DNA from: an uncultured Pseudomonadales bacterium
GTDB taxonomy: Bacteria; Patescibacteriota; Microgenomatia; UBA1400; PJMF01
Assembly: GCA_964404025.1 (NCBI GenBank)
Contig: CAYOIJ010000003.1
Location: 10,727 to 74,726 of the forward strand
Length of the DNA stretch: 64,000 nt
Direction of reading: 5' to 3'
In this document: positions 9,109-19,116 of the stretch, in pieces
Layout of the letters: each line of letters begins with the position of its first letter
How positions within the stretch are numbered: position 1 is the first letter of the stretch
Notes under the pieces: model-generated
Told to the model about the DNA's origin: nothing
What the model saw: only the letters and a program-made list of their open reading frames with translations
Databases searched by the model: none
Position numbers and translations under genes: made by a program

Positions 9109-10053
9109 CTAAGCTGGTAAAACTACTCCTTTTTTGGACAATGCCTCTTCAATTAAGTCAATGCTTTTACCACCTAAGTTTTTCACCTTGGATATTTCAG
9201 CTTTATTAGCGGCTAAAAGATCTTTAACAGTCTCAAAACCACCTTTACGCAAAGCGTTAGCAATTCTGGTAGGTAGGTCTAGTTCTTCAACTGTTAGACG
9301 CATTACTTCTAATTCTTCAGGACTAATTTCTGGTAATTCTTCTTCCACTTCCGGTAAAACTGGATCAACAATTTGCTTAAATTGAGCTATTAAAATTTCG
9401 CTAGCCTGTTTAACAGCTTGCAGTGGAGTAACACTACCATCAGTCTGAATATCAAAAACAATACGATCATAATCAGTACGACTACCAACTCGAGTAGCCT
9501 CAACATGATAAGCTACCTTAATCACCGGTGAAAATAGAGCATCAACTGCAATTTGACCAACATTTTCTATTTCAATTTCCTTGGCTAATTTATAGCCCAA
9601 GCCAGACTCAACCACCATTTCAATTTCCAAACTTTTACCCTTAGCAAGAGTTGCCAAGTAAAGATCTTTGTTGATTACTTCAAAACCTGCCTCACATTCA
9701 ATTTCTTTAGCAGTGATTTCTTTAGGACCTTTAGCATTAAGTCTTAAAATACCTGACTCATCACTATCTGATTTAATACGAATGTTTTTTAGATTTAAAA
9801 TTAAATCAACTATATCTTCTTTTAAACCTTCATAGGTACTAAACTGATGATTCACTCCCTCAATACTTAACTTTGTAATAGCCAAACCTGGTAGTGAAGT
9901 TAGTAAAACACGACGAAGTGCATTACCCAGGGTGTGGCCATAGCCATTGTCTAATGGCTCAACAACGATAGTTGAACGTGAACCATTAGTCTCCACCTCA
10001 CTAACAGTAAAAACTGGATTTATAATGTTGTAATTCTCTAAGGCTTTTGCCAT
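9109..10053 (-). CDS. rpoA: DNA-directed RNA polymerase subunit alpha
   Basis: It is 314 aa with alpha NTD and CTD sequence, and sits at the canonical position after rpsD. Confidence 0.92.
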   Translation of the reverse strand: MAKALENYNIINPVFTVSEVETNGSRSTIVVEPLDNGYGHTLGNALRRVLLTSLPGLAITKLSIEGVNHQFSTYEGLKEDIVDLILNLKNIRIKSDSDESGILRLNAKGPKEITAKEIECEAGFEVINKDLYLATLAKGKSLEIEMVVESGLGYKLAKEIEIENVGQIAVDALFSPVIKVAYHVEATRVGSRTDYDRIVFDIQTDGSVTPLQAVKQASEILIAQFKQIVDPVLPEVEEELPEISPEELEVMRLTVEELDLPTRIANALRKGGFETVKDLLAANKAEISKVKNLGGKSIDLIEEALSKKGVVLPA

Positions 10054-10115
10054 TTCTTTTTCTCCTTTGTTTCACCTCCCTCGATATGAGGAATCTGTTT
10101 CTAGATTTATAATTA

Positions 10116-10724
10116 TTACCTATTGTAATATTCAACTATTAATTGTTCGTCAATTTTCTCGACGATATCTTCCCTAATTGGTAGTTTGACAATTTTAATT
10201 GAAGTTCCCTTCACTTCCAACCAGTTAGGAATCATTCTTTCTTCTTCCATGGCTGCAACTACCTGAGGGATTTTGGCAGTACGACTTTTCTTCATACTAA
10301 TTACATCTCCCACATCAAGCACATAAGAAGGAATGTTCATTTTTTTCTCATTAACTAAAAAGTGGTCATGATTAACTAATTGTCTAGCGGAAGCTCTAGT
10401 CAAAGCAAAACCAGCACGATAAACCACATTATCTAAACGTCGTTCTAGTAAGCTTAGTAAGGCTGTGCCAGTTGCTGCAGGGTTTTTACTAGCTTCTTCA
10501 AAAATTTTGCGCAGCTGCCTTTCCATAATGCCGTAGATATATTTTAGCTTTTGTTTTTCTTTTAACTGTAAAGCATAATCTGATACTCTTCGATGAGCTT
10601 TCGCTCCATGTTGACCAGGTCTAATGGCTAAGCGTCTAGCTGTTTTTAAAGCATTAGTTTTTAAACCCAAGTCTTCACCAATTTGTCTTTGTAGTTTTTG
10701 TTTTGGACCACTGTATCTTGCCAT
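10116..10724 (-). CDS. rpsD: 30S ribosomal protein S4
   Basis: MARYSGPK... S4 N-terminus followed by an S4 domain. Confidence 0.92.
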   Translation of the reverse strand: MARYSGPKQKLQRQIGEDLGLKTNALKTARRLAIRPGQHGAKAHRRVSDYALQLKEKQKLKYIYGIMERQLRKIFEEASKNPAATGTALLSLLERRLDNVVYRAGFALTRASARQLVNHDHFLVNEKKMNIPSYVLDVGDVISMKKSRTAKIPQVVAAMEEERMIPNWLEVKGTSIKIVKLPIREDIVEKIDEQLIVEYYNR

Positions 10725-10741
10725 ATTAATTTCTTAGAAGT

Positions 10742-11155
10742 TTAATTTCTAGCCTTTCTTGGTCTGGTGCCATTGTGTGGCACTGGGGTTAAATCAGCAA
10801 TCATGCTTACTCTAATCCCTTGAGCCCTTAGAACACGTAAAGCGACATCTCTTCCCGGTCCAGGTCCTTTTAAATAAACCTCCATTTGATTCATTCCATA
10901 ATTATTTTTAGCTTTATTAACAGCATTTTCTACAGTAATGGTAGCAGCATAAGGAGTTGACTTACGAGAACCACTAAATCCTGAGCCACCAGTGCTTTCC
11001 CAGCACAAAACATTACCTTTTTCATCTGTAATACTAACTAAGGTATTATTAAAGGTAGCACTAACGTATAGTCTGCCTTTAGTCACCGTTCTGGTGCTTT
11101 TTCTATAATTAGTTTTTTTCTTTTTATTAGTTGGTTTTTTGCTAACTTCTGCCAT
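10742..11155 (-). CDS. rpsK: 30S ribosomal protein S11
   Basis: S11 family, ...GSGFSGSRKSTPYAA... Confidence 0.92.
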   Translation of the reverse strand: MAEVSKKPTNKKKKTNYRKSTRTVTKGRLYVSATFNNTLVSITDEKGNVLCWESTGGSGFSGSRKSTPYAATITVENAVNKAKNNYGMNQMEVYLKGPGPGRDVALRVLRAQGIRVSMIADLTPVPHNGTRPRKARN

Positions 11156-11166
11156 AACAATCCTTG

Positions 11167-11571
11167 TTACTTAACTTTCTTAGCCTCTTCTGATTTAGTC
11201 GCAGCCTCTTTAGATATTGCACCAATGGTCCGTCTAGCTCCACGCTTGGTTCTAGCATTTGACCTGGTTCTTTGACCACGAGTAGGCAAGCCGGCAACGT
11301 GTCGCATACCACGATAGGCCTGTATTCTTTTTAAACGAGCAATATTATCATTGACTTCACGACGCAAATCACCCTCAATCATGTAACTATCGAGAGCTGC
11401 TTGAATACGATTAATTTCTTCACCAGTTAAATCTTTGGCTCTTTTGTCTGGATTAATTCTGCATTTTTTAACAATTTCCTCAGCTAAATGAGAACCAACA
11501 CCATAAACATACTGTAGAGAAAAATTAATCTTTTTATTATCTGGTATATCATGTCCCGCAATACGTGGCAT
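11167..11571 (-). CDS. rpsM: 30S ribosomal protein S13
   Basis: MPRIAGHDIP... S13 family. Confidence 0.92.
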   Translation of the reverse strand: MPRIAGHDIPDNKKINFSLQYVYGVGSHLAEEIVKKCRINPDKRAKDLTGEEINRIQAALDSYMIEGDLRREVNDNIARLKRIQAYRGMRHVAGLPTRGQRTRSNARTKRGARRTIGAISKEAATKSEEAKKVK

Positions 11572-11574
11572 AGT

Positions 11575-11688
11575 TTATCCTTGCCTCTGCTTGTGTTTAG
11601 GATTGATGCAAATTACATATAATTTGCCGCGTCGCTTAACAAGCTTGCAATTTTTACACATTTTCTTTAATGATGCTTTTACTTTCAT
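11575..11688 (-). CDS. rpmJ: 50S ribosomal protein L36
   Basis: It is not in the ORF track because it is too short. Hand translation of the minus strand gives [37 protein letters not shown] (37 aa), a classic L36 with a C-x2-C...C-x4-H zinc ribbon. It lies 3 nt downstream of rpsM. Confidence 0.85.
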   Translation of the reverse strand: MKVKASLKKMCKNCKLVKRRGKLYVICINPKHKQRQG

Positions 11689-11767
11689 AATGACAGACGT
11701 GCAATATACCTTACTAGACCGAATTTTTAAAGAGTTAAATTGGCCTATTAAAGAATATTCTTTACTC

Positions 11768-12103
11768 CTACTGATTTGTTTTAGACTGCCTATTAGTTGA
11801 GCGATAGGTAATCTTACATTTTGTTAAATCGTATTTACTAACATAGCCCTTAACTTGATCTCCAGGCATAACTCGAATTCGATAAAGACGCATTTTGCCT
11901 GCTAAGGTGCCTAATAATAAACGGCCCTTCATCTGTTCTGCTGTTGAATCAATCACCCTCACCTTAAACATCGTATTTGGCAAGCAAGATTCAACTTCGC
12001 CAATAATCTCAAAACGATCGCTTTGGCTTTGAGCGCTAGACAATGTAAAGTCAACTTGGCGCTTAGCCTTGGCAGCTCGCTTATGTTCTTGTACTTTTCC
12101 CAT
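11768..12103 (-). CDS. infA: translation initiation factor IF-1, with a ~25-aa basic N-terminal extension; the start codon is uncertain
   Basis: The core [10 protein letters not shown]...[34 protein letters not shown] aligns to the IF-1 S1-like fold. Confidence 0.8.
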   Translation of the reverse strand: MGKVQEHKRAAKAKRQVDFTLSSAQSQSDRFEIIGEVESCLPNTMFKVRVIDSTAEQMKGRLLLGTLAGKMRLYRIRVMPGDQVKGYVSKYDLTKCKITYRSTNRQSKTNQ

Positions 12104-12152
12104 AAACGAGCATTATACCAGATTTAGCAAAAAAAATCACTTATAAATCTGA

Positions 12153-12740
12153 CTATTTTGCTGTTTTTTTACTTTTTTGTTTATCTTTACCACTAATGTG
12201 CTCTACCTTGGTAACAATACCATTAAAAACCGCTTGAACACTCTGTTCACCATCAACTACCGCCAAATGCTTTCGTTCAGAGTAATAGTCCAGCACTTTT
12301 GAAGTTTTTTCATGAAAAAGGTTTATTCTTTTTCTAATGGCCTTCAGCGTTTCATCCTCTCGGTCAGCTTCTCGACCGGAAATTCTCCATAAGGCTTCTT
12401 TATCTGATACATCAATCAAAATTACAATTTCTTCACCTTTAGTAAATTTGTTAAAGGCTTTAGCTTGAGGGACAGTTCTCGGAAAACCGTCCAGAATAAA
12501 ACCCTTTTCATATTCAGGTTTTTTTAAATATTCAATGACTATCTCCAGGGCTTTATCGTCAGGAATTAGAAAGCCAGCATTAATTGTTTCTTTAACCCAA
12601 CGACCCAAAGCTGTTTTGCTCTTTGTCATTTGTCTAAAAATATGTCCAGAAGACAAATAGGGAACATTATATTTTTCTGATAGTAAATTACCTTGCGTGG
12701 ATTTACCCGCTCCCTGAATACCAATTAAAACTAATTTCAT
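12153..12740 (-). CDS. adk: adenylate kinase, short type without a zinc LID insert
   Basis: P-loop GIQGAGKSTQ; 195 aa. Confidence 0.9.
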   Translation of the reverse strand: MKLVLIGIQGAGKSTQGNLLSEKYNVPYLSSGHIFRQMTKSKTALGRWVKETINAGFLIPDDKALEIVIEYLKKPEYEKGFILDGFPRTVPQAKAFNKFTKGEEIVILIDVSDKEALWRISGREADREDETLKAIRKRINLFHEKTSKVLDYYSERKHLAVVDGEQSVQAVFNGIVTKVEHISGKDKQKSKKTAK

Positions 12741-12763
12741 AATGCCTTTCCGGCTATAAATTA

Positions 12764-14059
12764 TTAACTTAATTTTGTATAACGATCGTAATTTTCACTT
12801 AATAATTGAGACTCAACTTGTTTGGCTGTTTCTAAAATTACAGAAACCACAATCAATACGCTTGTTCCTCCCACAGCTAAAGCTTGAATATTGGTAAGCA
12901 TCTGGGCGATCGTGGGTAAAACAGCAATTGAAGCTAAGAAAAGTGCTCCAGCAAAAGTAACTCTTGTAACAACAAATTCTAAATATTTACGAGTCGGACC
13001 TCCAGGCCTAATTCCAGGAATAAAGGCTCCGCTCTTTTTTAATTCGTCACTAATGTCCTCAGCGTTAAAGAAAATAATGGCACTAAAATAACTAAAGACA
13101 AAGACTAAAACAAAATAAGTAATCAAATACCAAATGCTAGTAGGAGAAAAAATAAGGTTTAAGCTCTCTCCCAAGTTAACAAGAAACTCTCGGCCACTAA
13201 GAGTTAAAACACGGCCCAAAAAAGGTGGCAACATCATTAGGGAAACCGCGAAAATAATGGGCATTACTCCGGCTACATTAACCTTGATTGGTAGATGACT
13301 ACTTTGTCCTCCAACCTGTCTACCTCCTTGAATACGCTTAGCATATTGAATATTAACTTTACGCACCGCCTCATTGAAAAATACAACTAAGGCAATTACT
13401 GCTAAAGTTAAAGCTAAAATAACCAATACAACTGTTAATTGTCCACCATCTCCAATTAAGAATGATTGACCTATGCTAGCAGGAATCTGACTGACGATGC
13501 CTACTAATAGAATCATTGAAATACCATTGCCAATTCCATATTCAGAAATTAACTCACCCAACCACATGATTAACATCGAGCCTCCGATTAAAGTTAAGAT
13601 CACTATCGCCATAAACGCAGGTTGAGTATTAACTAACAAACCCTGAGAATTAAGTAAAGCCAAGGTGGCCACGGCCTGAACAGCCGCCACTGGAACAGAA
13701 ATAATGCGCATGTATTGATTAAGTTTGGCTTGACCAGCCTCTCCTTCTTTTTGCATTTCTTTAATCTTAGGAATCACCATTCCTAAAAGTTGCATAACAA
13801 TAGAGGCTGTAATATAAGGATTGATGCCTACCGCCACAATTGAAAATCTAGCTAAGGTTCCACCAGCAAATAAATTTAGAAAACTTAAAAATTGATTCGA
13901 AGCAAAAATTAATCGTAGGCGCTCAACATCTACGACTGGAACAGGAATGTGGGCAAGTAATCGACTGACAGCAAAAATGCTTAGAGTAAAAATGAGCTTT
14001 TTTTTAAGCGCTTGATTGGAAAAAATGGCCCGAATCTTTTTAATTATTTGTTCTAGCAC
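12764..14059 (-). CDS. secY: preprotein translocase subunit SecY
   Basis: It is a 431-aa polytopic membrane protein with SecY-family sequence, at the canonical position between rplO and adk. Confidence 0.92.
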   Translation of the reverse strand: MLEQIIKKIRAIFSNQALKKKLIFTLSIFAVSRLLAHIPVPVVDVERLRLIFASNQFLSFLNLFAGGTLARFSIVAVGINPYITASIVMQLLGMVIPKIKEMQKEGEAGQAKLNQYMRIISVPVAAVQAVATLALLNSQGLLVNTQPAFMAIVILTLIGGSMLIMWLGELISEYGIGNGISMILLVGIVSQIPASIGQSFLIGDGGQLTVVLVILALTLAVIALVVFFNEAVRKVNIQYAKRIQGGRQVGGQSSHLPIKVNVAGVMPIIFAVSLMMLPPFLGRVLTLSGREFLVNLGESLNLIFSPTSIWYLITYFVLVFVFSYFSAIIFFNAEDISDELKKSGAFIPGIRPGGPTRKYLEFVVTRVTFAGALFLASIAVLPTIAQMLTNIQALAVGGTSVLIVVSVILETAKQVESQLLSENYDRYTKLS

Positions 14060-14080
14060 AAAATTTTATTTTATATATAT

Positions 14081-14518
14081 TTATTCTACTTTTCCACCTA
14101 GTGATTCAATTTCTTTTTTGGCTGCCTGACTAACAGCCATTCCTTTAACATTAATTTTTCTATTTAATTTGCCTTTTTTGATAATCTTAGCCTGCTTAAA
14201 GCGCGGATCAATTAATTTATTCAACTTTAAACTATCTAAGCTAATTTCCTCTAAATCCATGGTGTTTAAATCATTAAAAGTTAGCTCTGCTGTTAAGTTA
14301 AGGGTTTTAAAACGCCCCTTACCTCGCCACATTGGTAGGCGTTTAGTTAAAGGCAGAGAACCACCTTCAAACCATAAAGGAATCTTTGAACCCCTTCTAG
14401 ATTTTTGGCCTTTTTGACCTCGACCAACTGTATGGCCCCCCTTGCCTGAACCATAACCACGACCCAAGCGCTTAGCAGATTTGGAGTTAGTTTTTTTAAG
14501 TTGAGTGAGTAATGACAT
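14081..14518 (-). CDS. rplO: 50S ribosomal protein L15
   Basis: L15 family, GRGYGSGKGGHTVGRGQKGQKSR. Confidence 0.92.
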   Translation of the reverse strand: MSLLTQLKKTNSKSAKRLGRGYGSGKGGHTVGRGQKGQKSRRGSKIPLWFEGGSLPLTKRLPMWRGKGRFKTLNLTAELTFNDLNTMDLEEISLDSLKLNKLIDPRFKQAKIIKKGKLNRKINVKGMAVSQAAKKEIESLGGKVE

Positions 14519-14520
14519 AT

Positions 14521-15243
14521 TTAGCTTTTTGCTTTTGCTTTTACTTTGGTTTTTGGTTTGGGAGTTGAAGTTTTTTTCTTAATCGAAGTTTTCTTCTTAG
14601 ATTCAACCTTGTCTTTCTTTTGGAGCTTTTTTTTAGCTTGAGCTTTGCCTTGTTCTTGAGCTTGAGCCTGTTTCTGAACTTGAGCTTTTTCTTTAGCTTC
14701 TGCTTGAATGGCAGCTATTTTTTGACGCTCCTCTGCTTCTATCTCAGCAATGGAACGCAACTTAATACCTTTAATTTTAACTAAATTAGCAATGTGCTTT
14801 AGAGCTTTAAAGGTAGCATGAACACTAGAGGCCTGATTATCACTACCCATAATTTTAGCAACCACATCTCTAACTCCCGCAACTTCTACCACTGCTCTAA
14901 CTGGGCCTCCAGCTATTACTCCAGTACCTTTACTGGCTGGCTTAAGCATTACTCTTCCAGCTCCTCGTTTAACAGTTACTGCAAAAGGAATTGTAGTCCC
15001 ATCGAGCGGAACTATAATCATTTTTTGTTTAGCTTTTTTAACCCCTTTTTGTATAGCTGATAAAACATCAGTTGCTTTACCCAAACCCACTCCAACCTTG
15101 CCTTTTCGATCACCAACTACTACTAAAGCTGAAAAACCAATTTTGTTTCCTCCTTTGGTTTTTTTGGAGACTCGAGAAATTTGAATAACTTTCTCGTCAA
15201 ATTCTTTGGGTTGATTGTGTTTTTGAAAATTATTTCTTGCCAT
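14521..15243 (-). CDS. rpsE: 30S ribosomal protein S5, with a long Lys/Ala-rich C-terminal extension
   Basis: The S5 core is followed by ~80 aa of QAQAKKKLQKKDKVESKKKTSIKKK... It lies immediately upstream of rplO, with no rpmD between them. Confidence 0.92.
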   Translation of the reverse strand: MARNNFQKHNQPKEFDEKVIQISRVSKKTKGGNKIGFSALVVVGDRKGKVGVGLGKATDVLSAIQKGVKKAKQKMIIVPLDGTTIPFAVTVKRGAGRVMLKPASKGTGVIAGGPVRAVVEVAGVRDVVAKIMGSDNQASSVHATFKALKHIANLVKIKGIKLRSIAEIEAEERQKIAAIQAEAKEKAQVQKQAQAQEQGKAQAKKKLQKKDKVESKKKTSIKKKTSTPKPKTKVKAKAKS

Positions 15244-15248
15244 ATGTT

Positions 15249-15608
15249 TTATAGATTAATACCACCTTCTCTTAGAGTATCAGCCACCGCTTTTATTCGA
15301 CCATGATATTTGTAATAAGAACGATCCAAAACTAAAGCTTTGATTTTTTTCTCCTTAAGTTTTTCTAATAATTCTTGAGCGCTTGCTATCGATTTTTCAC
15401 TTTTAGTACCCTTATGCGTTCTTTTTTTACCAAAATCTGCACTAGCCACCAAAGTTTCACCTTTAGAATCATCAATGACCTGTAAATATAAATGTTTATT
15501 AGAACGGAAAACAGTTAAACGAGGTCGCTTGCTAGTACCAAAAATTTTAGCTCTCACTCGCTTTTGTCTTTTAATACGCTGGTTAAGTGTTTTTTTAATA
15601 TTTAACAT
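15249..15608 (-). CDS. rplR: 50S ribosomal protein L18
   Basis: L18 family. Confidence 0.9.
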   Translation of the reverse strand: MLNIKKTLNQRIKRQKRVRAKIFGTSKRPRLTVFRSNKHLYLQVIDDSKGETLVASADFGKKRTHKGTKSEKSIASAQELLEKLKEKKIKALVLDRSYYKYHGRIKAVADTLREGGINL

Positions 15609-16165
15609 TAAGCCACGGTCTTTCCTGGTTTGGTTCTTACTACTTCATCGCTATATCTAATTCCCTTGCCTAAATAAGGCTCTGGTGGTCTTAGGCTACG
15701 AATATTTGCGCTTATTTGACCAACTAGCTGTTTATCTATACCCTCAACATGAATAGTGTCGTTACCCTCTATTTTAAAAGTAATTCCTGGCACCGCATCA
15801 ACAGTTACTGGATGAGAAAAACCCAGGGTCATGCTCAATCCTGCTCCCGCACTACTTACTCGGTAACCAGTGCCCACTAATTTTAAAGTTTTTTTATAAG
15901 CTTCGGTCACTCCTAAGATGTTGTTGGCAAGTAAACTTCTCATTAAACCATGGTTGGCTCGACTTTGCTTCAAATTGTTTTTGCGCTCAACAATAATTTC
16001 CTTATCTTCAATTTTTACTTTAATTCCACTAACTAAAGGTGTGCTTAATTCACCCTTGGGACCACGAATGGCTACACTATCACTGGCCACAGTGACAGTC
16101 ACTTGCTCTGGAATAATAATATTTTTTTTACCAATTTTTGACATATTCTTTACCAAATTTGACAA
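15608..16165 (-). CDS. rplF: 50S ribosomal protein L6
   Basis: L6 family; two-domain sequence. Confidence 0.92.
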   Translation of the reverse strand: MSNLVKNMSKIGKKNIIIPEQVTVTVASDSVAIRGPKGELSTPLVSGIKVKIEDKEIIVERKNNLKQSRANHGLMRSLLANNILGVTEAYKKTLKLVGTGYRVSSAGAGLSMTLGFSHPVTVDAVPGITFKIEGNDTIHVEGIDKQLVGQISANIRSLRPPEPYLGKGIRYSDEVVRTKPGKTVA

Positions 16166-16539
16166 AGTATTTCGCCACCTACTTTAGCTTTGCGAGCTGC
16201 TTTATCGTCCATAATTCCTAAGTTGCTTGATAAAATCGTTAAACCATAACCATTTAGGGTTTTGGGGATTTCATCAGCCTTGACATAAGTTCTTCTTCCT
16301 GGCTTAGAGACACGCTTTACATTGGTGATCGCACTCAACTTACCAACATATCTTAAGACAATTTTAATCTCTTTTTGAGGCTTTTTTTCTATAATTTCAT
16401 AATCTGTAATATAGTTATTCTCTTTGAGCAATTTAACAATTGCTTCTTTTACTTTTGAATGAGGCATCACAAGATCTTTGCGTTCTGCCATACACGCATT
16501 TTTTATTCTGATGATCATGTCTGCAATAGGATCTGTCAT
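16150..16539 (-). CDS. rpsH: 30S ribosomal protein S8
   Basis: S8 family, MTDPIADMIIRIKNA. Confidence 0.92.
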   Translation of the reverse strand: MTDPIADMIIRIKNACMAERKDLVMPHSKVKEAIVKLLKENNYITDYEIIEKKPQKEIKIVLRYVGKLSAITNVKRVSKPGRRTYVKADEIPKTLNGYGLTILSSNLGIMDDKAARKAKVGGEILCQIW

Positions 16540-16557
16540 ATTTTTGTTTTATTTTCC

Positions 16558-16788
16558 TTACTTACTGCTTTTAACTACTCCTGGCAATTCACCTTTGCTA
16601 GCTAACTCTCTGAAAGTTAAACGACTCAAACCAAAGAAGCGCATATAACCTCTAGGACGACCGGTAATTTTACAACGGTTTACGCCTCTAGTCGAGACTC
16701 GATTTTTTTTACGCTTACCCGCTTTCAGATAAGTGACTCTTTTTTTTAGAAGCTTTTTAGATTTAGCAATCTTTGATTTTTTAGCCAT
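16558..16788 (-). CDS. rpsN: 30S ribosomal protein S14 (76 aa; a short form with only one Cys)
   Basis: S14 C-terminal motif [11 protein letters not shown]. Confidence 0.88.
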   Translation of the reverse strand: MAKKSKIAKSKKLLKKRVTYLKAGKRKKNRVSTRGVNRCKITGRPRGYMRFFGLSRLTFRELASKGELPGVVKSSK

Positions 16789-16791
16789 AAA

Positions 16792-17361
16792 TTATTTGTT
16801 CCTTGCCAATTCTTCTTTTTCAAAAGGCATGCCTAGTAACTCTAACAATCGCAATGAGCGTTCATCATTGCTATTGCTGACTACTATATTAACTTGTAAA
16901 CCGCGAATTTTTTCAATTTGATCAAAATCGATTTCTGGAAATGCAATTTGTTCCTCAATACCTAAGCTATAATTTCCTCGACCATCAAAAGCTGTTTTTG
17001 ACACTCCACGAAAGTCTTTTACTCTAGGCAAAACTAAAGAAATCAATTTGTCTAAAAACTCCCACATTTGCTCACCCCTCAAAGTCACCATTAAACCCAA
17101 AGGATCACCCTGGCGTAATTTAAAATTAGAAATAGCTAAACGAGCCTTAGTAATCATTGGCCTTTGACCAGCAATAATTTCAAGTTGTTTAATCAAAATA
17201 GGCATAACTTTTTCTCGTGCTTTTGGATCTGCCGGATCAGTTACTCCCATATTTAAAACAATCTTCTCAATTTTAGGCACAGCAAATAAATTTGGCTGCT
17301 TAAACTCTTTTTTAAGAGTTGGCGCCACCTTTTCATGGTATTGTTTTCTTAAACGATTCAT
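16792..17361 (-). CDS. rplE: 50S ribosomal protein L5
   Basis: L5 family. Confidence 0.92.
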   Translation of the reverse strand: MNRLRKQYHEKVAPTLKKEFKQPNLFAVPKIEKIVLNMGVTDPADPKAREKVMPILIKQLEIIAGQRPMITKARLAISNFKLRQGDPLGLMVTLRGEQMWEFLDKLISLVLPRVKDFRGVSKTAFDGRGNYSLGIEEQIAFPEIDFDQIEKIRGLQVNIVVSNSNDERSLRLLELLGMPFEKEELARNK

Positions 17362-17364
17362 AAT

Positions 17365-17874
17365 TTAACCCTTGTCCTGAGTCTTTCTGATTCTGCCAAT
17401 TTTAGCAATTTTACTGATAGCTTTTTTGCTTGCCTTTTTTTCAGTCTCGATTGCCTTTTGGGACATTTTTTGGCTACTAAGACTTAGATCAGCGTCCGTC
17501 TTAGCACTTGTTTTCTTGTCTTTCTTTTTACTTTTTTTGTCTTCTTTAACTGCTTTTTCCAATTTTTCTACTTTAGCTAATTGACCAGTTTTTTTGAAAA
17601 AACGTTCTTTCTGACCATCTGCTGTTTTACGATAAGCTAAACGATCTGCTTGGTCTTTATCATTTAAAACAGCAATATTAGCTACTGGTAGGGGTCTCTC
17701 ACGTCTTATCTTTTCGCCAGGTTTGTCCATAAAGGGTTTAACGTGTTTAAAATAAAGATTGATATCTTTAACTAAAACCTTATTTTCTCTCGGCAGCAAG
17801 CCCACAATCACACTCTTTTTACCCTTATCTTTGCCAGCAGTTATTAGTACTTTGTCGCCAACTTTAAATTTCAT
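17365..17874 (-). CDS. rplX: 50S ribosomal protein L24, with a Lys-rich C-terminal extension
   Basis: KOW motif [19 protein letters not shown]; C-terminal tail of ~70 aa. Confidence 0.9.
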   Translation of the reverse strand: MKFKVGDKVLITAGKDKGKKSVIVGLLPRENKVLVKDINLYFKHVKPFMDKPGEKIRRERPLPVANIAVLNDKDQADRLAYRKTADGQKERFFKKTGQLAKVEKLEKAVKEDKKSKKKDKKTSAKTDADLSLSSQKMSQKAIETEKKASKKAISKIAKIGRIRKTQDKG

Positions 17875-18245
17875 AATACCTCCGGCGCTAAGCTAGCTAT
17901 TTTACTAAAACCGTTTTCTTTAACCTCACGAGCTATTGGTCCAAACACACGAGTTCCCACTGGCTCTTTACTATCACGAGCTTGAATAACAACTGCAGCA
18001 TTATCATCAAATCTTAAATACTCTCCTGTAGAGCGTCTTTTCTCTTTAGTTGTTCTAACGATAACTGCTCTCACTTTTTCACCCTTTTTTAAATTCCCAA
18101 CGGTATCGGCACTAATCACTGAAGCAACTACTATATCACCCACAGCACCAAACCTTCTTTTAGAGCCACCATACACTTGGATAACCCTAATTTTTTTGGC
18201 CCCACTATTATCTGCAACGTTTAAAACACTTCTTAGTTGTATCAT
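17871..18245 (-). CDS. rplN: 50S ribosomal protein L14
   Basis: [18 protein letters not shown]14 family. Confidence 0.92.
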   Translation of the reverse strand: MIQLRSVLNVADNSGAKKIRVIQVYGGSKRRFGAVGDIVVASVISADTVGNLKKGEKVRAVIVRTTKEKRRSTGEYLRFDDNAAVVIQARDSKEPVGTRVFGPIAREVKENGFSKIASLAPEVL

Positions 18246-18487
18246 TGTTGTTTCTCAATTTTTTTTATTACTTTAAAGCTTTTGGTTTTACTAATGGGTC
18301 TGCACTCATGAATTTCCACCATATCGCCAATAGCTAATTTAATTTTCTTAGGATCATAGTCGCTAGCAAATTTTTTACTACGCTTAACTCTTTTTTCATA
18401 AAGAGGATGAATCCACATTCTACTCACTTCAACAGTAGCGGTTTTCTGGTTTTTCAGTGATACAACTTTACCGTTTAATTTTTTCAT
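18242..18487 (-). CDS. rpsQ: 30S ribosomal protein S17
   Basis: S17 family. Confidence 0.9.
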   Translation of the reverse strand: MKKLNGKVVSLKNQKTATVEVSRMWIHPLYEKRVKRSKKFASDYDPKKIKLAIGDMVEIHECRPISKTKSFKVIKKIEKQQ

Positions 18488-18693
18488 ATTGACTGTCTTA
18501 ATTCTTTTTCACGTAATATTGTTTTAATACGAGCGATGTCTTTTCTCAAGTTCTTTAATTTGGCAGGACTATCGAGTTTACCAGCTTTAGCCAATAAACG
18601 CATGCCCGCTAAATCCTTAGTCAAAACACTCAGTTCTTTATTTAATTCTAATTGGTCCTTGCCGTGCAAGGCTTTAATGTCATTAGCTTTCAT
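18484..18693 (-). CDS. rpmC: 50S ribosomal protein L29
   Basis: L29 family; 69 aa. Confidence 0.88.
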   Translation of the reverse strand: MKANDIKALHGKDQLELNKELSVLTKDLAGMRLLAKAGKLDSPAKLKNLRKDIARIKTILREKELRQSI

Positions 18694-18694
18694 T

Positions 18695-19099
18695 TTATTT
18701 CTTTACAAATATGGTCTTAACTGATAATTTGTGACTGGCCTTATTTAAAGCAGAACGAGCTATCGCTTCACTAACTCCTCCAACCTCAAACAAAATAAAT
18801 CCTGGTCTAACTGGAGCCACATATTGATCAATAGCTCCCTTTCCTGAACCCATTTTCACACCAACTGGCTTTTTTGTTAAAGATTTATGTGGGAAAACCT
18901 TAATCCAATATTTACCTTCTCTTTTAGTCACATAAGTAATTTTCTTACGAGCTGCTTCAATCTGTCTTGCAGATAACTCTCCACGCTCAGTTGCTTTTAA
19001 ACCAAAATCACCAAAAGCAAGCTCAGTACCCCGACTGGCTACACCTCGATTTTTGCCTCTAAATGTTTTGCGGTATTTAACTTTTTTTGGTTGCAACAT
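18695..19099 (-). CDS. rplP: 50S ribosomal protein L16
   Basis: MLQPKKVKYRK..., L16 family. Confidence 0.92.
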   Translation of the reverse strand: MLQPKKVKYRKTFRGKNRGVASRGTELAFGDFGLKATERGELSARQIEAARKKITYVTKREGKYWIKVFPHKSLTKKPVGVKMGSGKGAIDQYVAPVRPGFILFEVGGVSEAIARSALNKASHKLSVKTIFVKK

Positions 19100-19116
19100 T
19101 TTCTAATTTCCTAAAT

